64,000 bases of DNA from Octopus vulgaris (taxonomy: Eukaryota), in NCBI GenBank assembly GCA_951406725.2, contig OX597814.1, positions 53,134,001 to 53,198,000 of the forward strand, given 5' to 3'. The translations under genes and the position numbers were made by a program. Below are positions 1-13,061 of this stretch, piece by piece; position 1 is the stretch's first letter, and every line of letters starts with the position of its first letter. A model generated the notes under the pieces. The model saw only the letters and a program-made list of their open reading frames with translations, was not told the origin of the DNA and ran no database searches.

Positions 1-559
1 TGTTTCCATATTACTCTTACAAAACAACTCATATCCACTAAAGCCTTTTACAGTACAATAATAATATTCTGTCAAAAATAGAGACAGGAAACAGTAGGCT
101 TTATATTGTTATTACTTGATTAATTGCATACATCAATTCAGAATTATTTTCTTTCCTTACAATGCCGTGTTACTTAGACCGTGCGCTCCTCTCAATTCAT
201 GCTCGAGGCAACAGGTAGGTTTCTGATGGAAAGCTTGATACTCGCATTTGTGTGCACGCTTACTTTTAGTCTGAATGGTAGAAAATATATCACGATATGA
301 TCTTGTTTCTGAACTGACTTTTTCTTTGTTGTCTTTGGAAAGACAACAGTAACAGCAATGGAAATGCTAGCTAACATCTTCAGTTACACACACATACACA
401 CAGATGTATGTATGTATATGTGCGTGTGTGCGTACGTGTGTATGTGCATGTGTGTGTTTTGTGTGTGTGTATAGATAACAAACATACCTTTATAAAATGT
501 ATGAATGTATACACACACATACACATATATATATATGTATGTATAAATATATATGTATG

Positions 560-598
<39 letters not shown>

Positions 599-927
599 GG
601 CAACATGATATCAAGAAGTGATGCACTACGACATCTTGATATCCTGTTGCTTTTTTTGATTTTATTCACCTTAGTTCGAACTGTGCTGATAATACTTGAC
701 TGACTTGGTGCTTCAACACTTAAGTACCTAATTCAGCTGAATCTCAATTATATATATATATATATATAGCCACACACACACACACACACACACATGAATA
801 TTTAAGCGTAGGTGTGGCTGTTTGGTAAGAAGTTTACTTCTCAATCACATGGTCCCAGGTTCAATCTCTGCCCGACCAAATCCTCGTTACAGGTAGACGG
901 AATCTGAAAGAAGCCAAGAAGCTTGTC

Positions 928-1042
<115 letters not shown>

Positions 1043-1649
1043 ATATACATTAATATGTATGCGTATGTGTACATGCATACAAATATATTCGTTTATATTC
1101 AATATAAGCAAATACATATGTACACATGTATGTGTGTATACTTATGTATATATAACGACACACGCACGCACATACATATACATATGTGTATGTGTGTGCG
1201 TGTGCGTGCGCGTATATGTGAGGGCGGCGAGCTGGCAGAATCATGTACACAGTGCATTTCATTCGTCTTCATATTTTGGATTCAAATTCCGCCGACTTCG
1301 CCATTCATTCCTTCGGGGTCGATGAAATGAGTATCAGCGAGGCATGAACATCCCTCCCCTTGAATTTCAGGCCTTGTACATAAATAAATACATACACATG
1401 TATGTATTTATTGGGTTGGAAAGGAAATCTTGTCTCACTTGTGACATGATCACTTCGAGGGCACTTTCTCAATTCTGACAGTAAAATAAGCATTAATTTT
1501 TTTACATTCTAATGCCGTTTCCTTCTTTGCAAATTATTTTAAACCATAGTAGTTAATTTTGTATCATTTTTACTCTTTTAAAATGAGTTTAGATCAGACC
1601 GATTCCACACCCTGCATGCTGTATGAATTCAAAAGGAAGTTTTCAGCAA

Positions 1650-2090
1650 TTTAAACAAGAAGATAAATTCATTTTCTTTATAAAATGAAGATTTAAGTGT
1701 TCGGGAAATTTTTCTGTCGCAGGTTCTCGTTCTGGACGACCACGTTCTGGTAATATTGTTCTGAAAACTGTTGGTGATAAAAATGTAAAGACTGCACGAG
1801 TATTTGCCAAACAGTTTAACGCAAGTCACGCTTCAATCATAAAACACCTTCACGGACTAGGAAGTGTCAAAACTTGGTCAGAGGGTCATTCATCATTTGA
1901 TTACTTCTCAACTTAATCAAAGCTCGTCACTGAAAAGCAGACTTGCTATCGAACCTTTTAGGGTAGAATCATCCCAAGTGTTAAAAAGTGTCTTTTCTAT
2001 AATCATGTCCAACGAAAACGAAAATGGTTAGCATCCAGTAGAAATGGACAGTCCATCCCTAAACCAATACTACACACTCTGCAAGATAAT
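1650..2090 (+). pseudogene. Degraded mariner-type transposase fragment
   Basis: Interrupted translation gives RIIPS..K.LFYNHVQRKRKWLASSRNGQSIPKPILH, matching the mariner 'I.T.DEKW..Y.N..RK..W......PK..LH' segment. It has frameshifts, and I found no TIRs. Confidence 0.55.
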
Positions 2091-3625
2091 ATTTATCCGC
2101 ATTTAAATGTAAATCTCCTGTTAGAAAAAAATAGTGTTGCAGTAGATACCTTGAAAAAACTCATATTGGCTTTCGGTGCAAAATGCGGTCTTGTTTTTAT
2201 TGCTAGCAGGGAGATAAATCGCCGCCATCTCCAGTGCCGAGGTCACCAGATCATGTGATTTCGACCTTCCTTGGTCTTGTCAACGATAGACACTTGACTG
2301 CTAGAGATAGCAGCGTCTCGTCTCCCCACCAGTGATATATAGAAAATCAGTGCCAGAACAGGGGCTGGTGTCGCAGGTCATCCATCCATCCATCCATCCA
2401 TCCATCCATCCATCCATCTACCCATCCCTAATTTAGCGAAGTAAAATGGAGTGAGCGAGTTCCTTTATTTCATTGATTTACAGTTGTTTCATCAAATACT
2501 GATCTCATGAGCATATTCAATAATATATGCAATCATTAATTCATGAGATGTCCTCGACACAAATTCAAAGATAGATTCTTCAAATCATGCATAAATGTTA
2601 TTTGCCATTGAATACAAGAGTCAACTATAATTCATGCCCATATCTAGTTGAGCACATTTAAATGGTTAAATGGTTACCTTAACATATCACGAGCCAAAAA
2701 AGAAAAAAATCAAATCGTCGTTTGAGTTGACCGTTTAAGAAGAATTGGTGAATCATAAAAAGAAAGAAAGAATAAAAGCATAAAAGAAAAGTTTTGGCTT
2801 TTAGAGAGTATAAAAAATTATAGTCATTTGTTAGTTTCTATCTTAAAAGTACTAGCAACGAAATTCTTCAAATTTTCTTTAGTGCTCTTGGTAAAACTTC
2901 ATCCTACCTGCCATTCAGACAACGGAATGGTAACACAAAATTGTATTTTTAGCAAGCTGAAATATATTGACTGCCACTATATAGCAGCCAGCCATAAAAT
3001 GACACTACAGTAGTCGACAGATATTTACCACAGAGTCTCTGTAGTAAATATCTGCCTGTGTGTATATATATTTATATCTCTATATATATGACTTACACGC
3101 TGCGGAGACTGAGAATATTCTCTTTCATGTTTAGGTAATGTAATTGTAAAGTAATCTAAAAATTGTCTTTTGAATCCTTATGTATACTTATTCTTATTTT
3201 CGTGCGCACCTGAGTTTTGGCCTTGTTTGAAATGATGTTCAATCGCAAAATATGTCCTTAGGCTTTTGGCACTGAAACTAGTGACTTTTGATAAATTTGT
3301 CTTGGATATTGTTTTATTCTTTTATTCATTTATTCTTTTACTGTTTTCAGATTTTGGACGCGGACATGATTAAAGACCGTCTTTTAAATTTCGAAGTTAT
3401 CAATTGGACACCGGTATTTTGACTGAGATTTATCTCATCGACCTTGGAAGGCAAAATGTCTAAATTGTCGTAGGCGAGATTTGGATGAGGAGCATAAAGG
3501 AGCGTAGTATATCGCAAGGTATTTTGTTCGACTTCAACTAAATATTGCCAATCGACAGTAAACGTATTTCCATTTATTAGATAGTGTTGATTCCCTTACA
3601 AAATACGCTTCCATGTTTACTGCTT

Positions 3626-4030
3626 TATCTTTTAGTTGTTTCATTCATTGGACTGTAGCCATATTGGAGCACCTCTTCGAAGGATCTTGGTCGAAACAAA
3701 TCGACCTCATTACTTATTTTAAGTGTGTACTTATTATATCAGTTTTTTTGTCGATTCGCTAAGTTACGAGGGCGTACGTAAGCCAATACTGGTTGTCAAG
3801 TCGTGGAGTAGGGACAAGCACTTACACAAAAATACTCATGCTCACGCACACACGCACGCACACGGCAAGCTTCCACACAGTTTCTTCCTACCAAATTCGC
3901 TCTCAACGCATTTGTTGGTCCAGGGCTATAGTAGAAGATACTTACCCAAAGTACCGCATAGTGAATCTGAACCGAAAATCACATGGTTGCAAAGCGAGTT
4001 TCTTTACCTCACAGCCATGTTTGCGCCTTG
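3626..4030 (-). mobile_element. SINE family B (tRNA-like head, CORE-like box), diverged copy
   Basis: Reverse-complement similarity to the copies at 22136-22526 and 30447-30868. Confidence 0.7.
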
Positions 4031-4989
4031 TATAGTTAATCTAAAAACAGTTGCCTTCAAATCCTCACGCCATCAAATTTCCATATGCTCTTTGGTTTTG
4101 ATTTCATCTGCTCAATGTTAAACATACACACATACACGCTCCCCCATCCCACCACACAAAATAAACTTTTCCATTAATATCGAGGCATGACTATCTAGTT
4201 ATCCGATCAACTCAACCTATTTATTTAGCGTGCAAAGCGGTCGACGCGTTTACTCTTGACGCAATTCTCAGTCAGAATTAGAGCGATACAGTGTGACACG
4301 GTCGAACTCTAAGTACATCCCATCCAATGGGCTTCTAAACACAAACCATTTCCCCATTTCCACTCACAAGGTATATGATAAAGATGTATGGCATTTGTGC
4401 AAATATTTTTTGCGAAACTTGAGTATCGTACCCCGAGGATCAAACTCTGAGCCTAAAGGCTGTAAAGTGAACTTTTTATCCAACCATTCATACCTTTATA
4501 TGTGTACATATGCGTGTTTGTGCGTGTGTGTTTGTGCTTATTGAGTGATAAGTAAGACCTAAAACACTGATTATACATAATCATATAGCATGGTCTTGCA
4601 GGACTGAACACTTACAATCTGTCAGCATATATAACATCAAATCAATTATAAACCTTTTATCTGTAACAGTTTAATGGCACAGAAAATAAGTGCTGATGGA
4701 AATACGCACGGTAACACAAATTCTTAAAAAAAAAAAAAAATTATATGTGTAAATTACTCGAGACATAGGATGCAATATAGTTAAGTAAATTTTAATTTTG
4801 CTTCTCACCACGAATTGGAAAAATTCACCATTTAACTTAACATCTATGAACTTTATTTAAAGATAATGGTTACAAATTTTGGCACAAAGCCAGTCACGCT
4901 TTATTTTGTATATGATAGAATTTCCATATCCCGTCGAAGACAACGTATGAGTGTTCGGTTTTTACTGAACGACTTGCAAAAATTAATTT

Positions 4990-5490
4990 CTTTATTGCTC
5001 ACAAGCATAGAGAGGACAAACAAGGACAGACAAACGGATTAAATCGATTACATCAACCCCAGTGCGTAACTAGTACTTATTTAATCGACCCCGAAAGGAT
5101 GATAATAATAATCATTTCAAATTGGGGAAGGTGGAGATGAGTCGATTACGTCGATCCCAGTATTCAACTGGTACTTATTTTATCGACCGCGAAAGGATGA
5201 AACGCAAAGTCGACCTCGGCGGAATTTGAACTCAGAATGTAACGGCAGACGAAATACCTATTTCTTTACTGCCCACAAGGGGCTAAACACAGAGATGACA
5301 AACAAGGACAGACAAACGGATTAAGTCGATTACATCGACCCCAGTGCGTAACTGGTACTTAATTTATCGACCCCGAAAGGATGAAAGGCAAAGTCGTCCT
5401 CGGCGGAATTTGAACTCAGAACGTAACGGTAGACGAAATACCGCTAAGCATTTCGCCCGGGGTGCTAACGATTCTGCCAGCTCGCCGCCC
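4990..5490 (-). mobile_element. Compound SINE family A cluster (tRNA head GGCGGCGAGCTGGCAGAATCG; Meta-like domain GTCGACTTTGCCTTTCATCCTTTCGGGGTCGAT)
   Basis: Several overlapping copies. The B-box-like GAGTTCAAATTCC is present, and the same sequence recurs many times in the window. Confidence 0.85.
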
Positions 5491-5559
5491 TATGACCTGT
5501 ACAAATTATCTGTTTATAGTGATCAAATGTATTTGCTGTACAATAAAGCAGGAGAAGAT

Positions 5560-5890
5560 GGATGAAGAGCGGGGCGATGGGTCACGTACTCAAGGACAAA
5601 TGGTGAACTCGGCCGCGTCCCACGGTAATGGCCGTGATGGCACTGGTGCGGACAATGGCCAGTGACACTCGCTGCAGCAGTCATACAACCTCGCGGGGTT
5701 CATTCCTCCGACGAGTTACCGTTATCCCTATTTTGTGGAGGACATCGTCTGTACGGGGCCCTAGAACACCTGATGTCTCGACAGCGACCGGTACAAACCG
5801 ATAGCGGCCGGTCAGGCCTCTTTATCTATTGATTTTTCTCTATTCTGCGTTACGGGCGGCGACAACTAGGTTTGCAGCCGATGCAGCAAG
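5560..5890 (-). pseudogene. 3' fragment of a CRE-like non-LTR retrotransposon (restriction-like endonuclease domain)
   Basis: Minus-strand translation AARNAE*RKINR*RGLTGRYRFVPVAVETSGVLGP...IG...R...LLQRVSLAIVR matches the 'AE..K..KY..L...F.P.AVET.G..G ... QR.S.A' RLE signature. It has in-frame stops. Confidence 0.75.
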
Positions 5891-6644
5891 GTAAGTGATA
5901 GCATGTAAGTGCGTATGTGTGTGTGTGTGTGTTTTTGAAAATGAATCAGATATAATAATAAGTTTCCCTAAACGGCATCAGTTTATTAATCTTTATCATT
6001 TCTGTAGCTGGAGTTATTTTTGAAATAGTCTTGGAAAAGAAAATTACATCTCCCGGAAAGAAGAAAAAGTTATCAAGCTTTGAAAGATATAATTATCTTT
6101 ATTTACATCTATCCAGACTGATAGAAAGTATATAAAACTTAACAGCTTGAGTTTAAATACACCAGCGAAAACTGAAAATAGCGATAGGAAATTAAAGAAT
6201 GACGCTAAATTTAAATATGGTTAATGAACAGATTCTTCAGAAAAGAAAACAGAATTTTAATAGGACTGACATGAAATAGCATAAAAATATTCTTTGCTAA
6301 GTGAGAAAAGGAAATGACAAATTTTACATAGTGATATTCTTGATGCATTACAGCAACGCAAGTTTGTAAACTATTTAAACAGAAAACAAAAGTCACCATG
6401 CCAACCGTCAACACGACGTGAACATTAAAATGCCATAAATGCTATCTATTTAGCAGCATTAATTTGAACGAATACACGCAATATTTCTTAGAAAGAAGTT
6501 GTTGTTAGTGTTGGATCGAGTTTGCCTTTCATTCTCTATCACATTTAGTCGAGTTATTACGCCGAAGATGATTGACAGTGACGTTCTTGTTAACCTTATT
6601 ACTCAGAGTTGTGACCATTCCTCTGGAAATAATTCGTTCTACTA

Positions 6645-6848
6645 CAGGCAAAAAGCCTGAAACTTTTGTGGAAAGGGTTAGTCGATTACATTGACCCCAG
6701 TGTTCAATTGGTACTTATTTCATCGAACCCCGAAAGGATGAAAGGCAAATCCGACCTCGGCAGAATTTGAACTCGGAACGTAAAGATGAACGAAATGCCG
6801 CCAAGCATTTTTTCCGGCGTGCTCACGATTCTGCCAGCTTGTCGCCTT
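6645..6848 (-). mobile_element. SINE family A copy
   Basis: Reverse complement of the family A sequence seen at 25829-26059. Confidence 0.85.
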
Positions 6849-7357
6849 CTTCTGGAAATAATACCAGTTGCAGTAAATGACCATCAGTTCAGGAAAAGAA
6901 AGAAATCTTGCACATTCGAATAAAGCATGAGTGCAAACCATCCTGTTCCGCAAATTTACCATTTGCGCAGCTGTCATATAAGTAACATATTAGGGTTTCA
7001 CATCACTTTATCCCTTCTACTGACAGTTGTTCCAACGTCTTCATCTATCAAAGAAAAATATCGCGCGCTAAATATACTCCAAGCAGGTTTTATACGCTAG
7101 AACGAAGATTGGACTTCGCAGTCCTCCTCCTCCTCCCCTCCCCTCCCCCCTCCCCCTCCTCCTCCTCTATTCCCATAAATGAAAATATACTGAGAACCAG
7201 AATCGCAATGCTGATGACGTCATACCTGCTGTTGATGACTTTTTTGACCAACAGGATGAAAGCTTCGATAGGAAGGGAACTATGATGAAAAAAAAAACAA
7301 CCTCATTTGGTCATATTCTTTAAGAATATCTTGGAAATTTTTCAACCGACCCTTGTA

Positions 7358-7416
<59 letters not shown>

Positions 7417-7427
7417 TTATCTATCCA

Positions 7428-7505
<78 letters not shown>

Positions 7506-7735
7506 CGGATGGCTTTCTATCATTTTCCATCTATTAAATCCACTCACAAGGCATTGGTCGGCCCGAAGCTATGGTAGAAGACACATAAAGTACCACGAAG
7601 TAGGAGAGAATAACCTAGAACCATGTGGTTGGGAAACAAATTTCTTACCACACAGCCATGATTGCGCAACAAACGCTTAAAAATGCAAACATATCTATGT
7701 ATAAATATATACATATATGTCTGTACGTGTGTGTG

Positions 7736-7772
<37 letters not shown>

Positions 7773-7872
7773 TACACACACACACATACACACATATATG
7801 TACATACATACATATACACATATGCACATACATACATACATACATACATACATACATACATACATACATACA

Positions 7873-7906
<34 letters not shown>

Positions 7907-7908
7907 CA

Positions 7909-8432
7909 TATCGAAAATCTCCGAGTATAATCCGCATTTTTTCCCAAAATTTAAAGGTCAAAATCCCTAGTGCGTACTATATACGAGGTTAAAAATGAAA
8001 AATATTTTCTAAGAAATGTCCTAGTCTCTATTTGCTCTCCGGCAATGTTTATTCAGACGCATTTTGTGATGTCGGGCGCGAAAATACCTTAAGCTAAGTC
8101 TGAAAGCAATGAAGACATAAAAGAATCATCCATAACTTGCAGTAAGCAACATTTATTAAACGTTATTACTGTTATTACTGTTATTTCTTTATTTTCTGCA
8201 AACAAAATGCACAAAAAAGCCGCACGTTTGCATTGTTATATATATACTATAACAATAAAGGACGTTACCGTATACATTTTTACAAACCAAGGACGTTATA
8301 TAGACCTCCTTGACTCAAGTTGGAGAAGGAGTGCGTATTATACACAAGGTTTAGGTTTTTCAGAGGTACAGCCCCCTAAAAATCCCCTGCGTATTATACT
8401 CAAGAGCGGACTATACTCGAGGATTTACGGTA
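7909..8432. mobile_element. Non-autonomous Tc1/mariner/pogo-type MITE
   Basis: Imperfect TIRs TATCGAAAATCTCCGAGTATAATCCGC and GCGGACTATACTCGAGGATTTACGGTA, TA flanks, and internal GTGCGTAYTATA subterminal repeats. Confidence 0.7.
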
Positions 8433-8854
8433 CATACATATACACATATATATTATATACATATAAACATGCACGCAAACACAAGTTTCCGCCTACCAAA
8501 TCCATTCACAAGGCTTTGGTCGTCGGCCTCAAGCTTTAGTAGAAGACACTCGCCTGAACCCCAAACCATCTAGTTGGAAAGCAACCTTCTTATCATACTG
8601 CTACGCCTGCGCCTACGTATTTACTTTCGCAAGGAACCTGCATGATGACGGCTAGTGAGCACAACTTTCGACATCACTGTCTAAATATTCCGTGTATATA
8701 CATTTATACACGCACAGACACATATACACAAAGACATACACGCATGTGTACATATGCATTTCTACATATACATATATGTATAAGTATTCAAATAAACGTG
8801 TACATATATATGTATTTGTGTGTGTCTGTATATACTTGTATACTTGCATAACTG

Positions 8855-8893
<39 letters not shown>

Positions 8894-8969
8894 ATATATA
8901 TATATGTATACATATATATATATATGTATACATATATATATATGTATACATATATATATATATGTATAC

Positions 8970-9037
<68 letters not shown>

Positions 9038-9188
9038 TAAAGACAAAGAGAAGTATACAATATATCATACAAGTTTAATTATTCTTGATGTCTTGAAAAT
9101 TATCTTTGTTCCTAGAGAAAATAAAAAGCTAGTACCTGGCGGCTATTGCTGCCGATTCTAGATTAGAATCCACATGAATATGCGACAC

Positions 9189-9247
<59 letters not shown>

Positions 9248-9558
9248 CGCACGCGCACGCACACACACACACACACTCGCACGCACACACACACGCACAC
9301 ACAGAGATATATATTCATGTGTGCGAGAGTGCGCGCGCGTTTGCGTACACTATCTCTTTCCATGTGGCCCTTCTCTATCTTTGTTTTTGATATATTGTAA
9401 ATTTTATTCTATCCCTCCATGTTAATAGCATAATATTTCCAGGAATATAAGAGCAAATTGATCTGGTCGAATTGATGCTATAGTTCAAATAACAAATTGT
9501 TTGTCTAATTTTCAGTGATTTTGGCGAAAATTGTCAACTCCCTCTCTATCTCTCTCTC

Positions 9559-9606
<48 letters not shown>

Positions 9607-10122
9607 CAAATACAGACTAAATAAATCAAAAATATAAACGAATGAGAAACAAGAAACTCATTGAAACACATTTGTATAAAGGAATGTGGAATTGTAGAAG
9701 AGTATTACGTGTCAAAATATAATGACAAAGATAATTAAAAAGGTATTTTCAAAAAATAGCTGCGTGATAAGAAGCTTGTTTGCAGTCACATGGCTCCATG
9801 TTCAGTCCCACTACGTGGTTCTTTGTGCAAGTGTTTTCTACGAAAGCCTCGGGTCGACCAAAGATTTGTGAGTGTATTTGGTAGACGAAAATTGAAAGAA
9901 GTCCGGATATACACGCACGCACGCACGCACACATTCACACACACACATACACACGCACACACACACACACACATACACACACACATGCTTTCATATATTT
10001 TTATATATATAAAATACAAAAATGGGACAAGAACGCAAAACATCCTGACAGTTAGCTGATACAAAAAAGGGACAACAAAACATACTGACAGACGATACAA
10101 AGAAAACAAGGACGGTTTTCAT

Positions 10123-10195
10123 TCCTCAGTCGAGTTCCAGATTATCTTTGTAATTTCGGCTGGTTATACTCGAGATTGCTCCAATCTGGCCAGCC
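10123..10195 (-). ncRNA. Candidate non-circularly permuted, pseudoknotted hammerhead ribozyme (copy 1), inside a TA-flanked dispersed repeat at ~10010-10270
   Basis: Minus strand: GGCTGG-CCAGATT-gga-GCAA-UC-TCGAGT-ataa-CCAGCC-GAAA-TTAC-aaagat-AATCTGG-a-ACTCGA-CUGAGGA. All HHR core motifs are present with four helices, and the architecture is the same as at 32697-32773. Confidence 0.6.
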
Positions 10196-10985
10196 CCAAG
10201 GAAAAACTAAGCTAAGAGCACTAGATTCCTTGCAAGAAAGTAGCGAAGGTATACGAAAACAAGGAGAACTTCAATTGGAGCTTAGTAAAATCTATAAAAA
10301 GAACAATTTCTTTTTAATCAGTTCAAGAGAATAGAATAATTTGCAAGCTGACTCCGCCGCTCGAATTTTCGAAATCTCAAGGTAACATAACTGCTCTTTT
10401 TTTCCCTCTCTATCTTGTTATCTCTCTCCCTCTCTCTATTTCTATTTCTATCTCTCTCAAGCACAGATGCGCGCCCGCACACATACACACGTACACACAA
10501 AACACACACATGCACACATTATGACTGACATGCGCATCGTTCTAGACTTGCATTAACTGTTATTTGAGACATTTTAATTTTCTCATGAACATTTTCCATA
10601 AATTTGAAGTTTGTCCATTCGTGTGAATATGAACGATATTCGAAGCAAAATATTATGTAGTGGAACTTTTTTGCGATAACAACGGCAATTTTTATTATAT
10701 TGCATTTTTAATCTCTTGTTCTGTTTTGATACATTGTGATCAACTTAATCTTCTTAACGGAATGAAAAGACTTGATATATTTCATCATAATCTTCGTCCT
10801 TTGTGTCGGCAAATATCTACAAAAGGAGCCATTAATATTATTATTTCAACATGGCTGTGTGGTAAGAAGTTTGTTTACCAGCCACGTGGTTCCGCGTACC
10901 ACTATGGGCAAGTATCTTCTACTATAGCTTCGTGCCGACCAAAGCCTTGCGATTGGATTTGGTAGACAGAACTGAAAGAAGCCCG

Positions 10986-11017
<32 letters not shown>

Positions 11018-11019
<2 letters not shown>

Positions 11020-13044
11020 GATTAGTAATATTTTTGGTAGAAATGACTAATTGTCCCTCTTAGCGTTTGGCATGTATGTATAGTGCCTCTGGCATGTATG
11101 TATAATGCCCTCTATATATAAATTAATATGTTCAATAAGAAATAATTATTTTCGAAATTTTTTCTGTTATGAGGTTTTTACGCTATCTACCTGACAATTT
11201 CTTGGTAAGTTTTCCTTATTAAGTAGTTGTCCTTAATTGCTAAATTTTTATTCCGAAAAAACTTTTCCTCTCCCGAAATGCAATTCGTAAAAGTTTGCCA
11301 TTTAACAGGATGTAATATATGTAAACTCACCCATGTGCTTCGTTGATGTTGAACAGTTAGCTGATCGACTTAAGCGGGGCAGGGTCGTTGTTTATTTATG
11401 ATGCATTCTGGCCTGCTGATGAGTACGTAAGTATGAAATCACTGTGATACAGGTCTATATTTTTTAAATGTCTTACTTTGAAAAATTGCATTCGGTGGGA
11501 TTAGTAATATTTTTGGTAGAAATGACTAATTGTCCCTCTTAGCGTTTGGCATGTATGTATAGTGCCTCTGGCATGTATGTATAATGCCCTCTATATATAA
11601 ATTAATATGTTCAATAAGAAATAATTATTTTCGAAATTTTTTTCTCTTATGAGGTTTTTACGCTATCTACCTGACAATTTCTTGGTAAGTTTTCCTTATT
11701 AAGTAGTTGTCCTTAATTGCTAAATTTTTATTCCGAAAAAACTTTTCCTCTCCCGAAATGCAATTCGTAAAAGTTTGCCATTTAACAGGATGTAATATAT
11801 GTAAACTCACCCATGTGCTTCGTTGATGTTGAACAGTTAGCTGATCGACTTAAGCGGGGCAGGGTCGTTGTTTATTTATGATGCATTCTGGCCTGCTGAT
11901 GAGTACGTAAGTATGAAATCACTGTGATACAGGTCTATATTTTTTAAATGTCTTACTTTGAAAAATTGCATTCGGTGGGATTAGTAATATTTTTGGTAGA
12001 AATGACTAATTGTCCCTCTTAGCGTTTGGCATGTATGTATAGTGCCTCTGGCATGTATGTATAATGCCCTCTATATATAAATTAATATGTTCAATAAGAA
12101 ATAATTATTTTCGAAATTTTTTTCTCTTATGAGGTTTTTACGCTATCTACCTGACAATTTCTTGGTAAGTTTTCCTTATTAAGTAGTTGTCCTTAATTGC
12201 TAAATTTTTATTCCGAAAAAACTTTTCCTCTCCCGAAATGCAATTCGTAAAAGTTTGCCATTTAACAGGATGTAATATATGTAAACTCACCCATGTGCTT
12301 CGTTGATGTTGAACAGTTAGCTGATCGACTTAAGCGGGGCAGGGTCGTTGTTTATTTATGATGCATTCTGGCCTGCTGATGAGTACGTAAGTATGAAATC
12401 ACTGTGATACAGGTCTATATTTTTTAAATGTCTTACTTTGAAAAATTGCATTCGGTGGGATTAGTAATATTTTTGGTAGAAATGACTAATTGTCCCTCTT
12501 AGCGTTTGGCATGTATGTATAGTGCCTCTGGCATGTATGTATAATGCCCTCTATATATAAATTAATATGTTCAATAAGAAATAATTATTTTCGAAATTTT
12601 TTTCTCTTATGAGGTTTTTACGCTATCTACCTGACAATTTCTTGGTAAGTTTTCCTTATTAAGTAGTTGTCCTTAATTGCTAAATTTTTATTCCGAAAAA
12701 ACTTTTCCTCTCCCGAAATGCAATTCGTAAAAGTTTGCCATTTAACAGGATGTAATATATGTAAACTCACCCATGTGCTTCGTTGATGTTGAACAGTTAG
12801 CTGATCGACTTAAGCGGGGCAGGGTCGTTGTTTATTTATGATGCATTCTGGCCTGCTGATGAGTACGTAAGTATGAAATCACTGTGATACAGGTCTATAT
12901 TTTTTAAATGTCTTACTTTGAAAAATTGCATTCGGTGGGATTAGTAATATTTTTGGTAGAAATGACTAATTGTCCCTCTTAGCGTTTGGCATGTATGTAT
13001 AGTGCCTCTGGCATGTATGTATAATGCCCTCTATATATAAATTA
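11018..13044 (+). repeat. Tandem array of ~4.2 near-identical 479/480-bp units, each with a hammerhead ribozyme (retrozyme-like)
   Basis: The unit start GGGATTAGTAATATTTTTGG occurs at 11018, 11497, 11977, 12457 and 12937. Both ends abut (TA)n. Confidence 0.95.
11410..11455 (+). ncRNA. Type I hammerhead ribozyme (identical copies at 11890-11935, 12370-12415, 12850-12895)
   Basis: GGCCTG-CUGAUGA-GTAC(gtaa)GTAT-GAAA-TCAC(t)GTGA-UA-CAGGTC: complete core, stems I to III, AUA cleavage triplet. Confidence 0.85.
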
Positions 13045-13061
13045 TATATATATATATATAT

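Noticed and set aside
157-368. Open minus-strand frame (HFHCCYCCLSKDNKEK...NTAL*) as a possible terminal exon
   Set aside because: No recognisable domain, a weak acceptor, and no partner exons that I can support.
5889-5897. AG|GTAAGT donor after a GC-rich stretch, suggesting a host exon
   Set aside because: The stretch is explained by a minus-strand CRE-like retrotransposon fragment.
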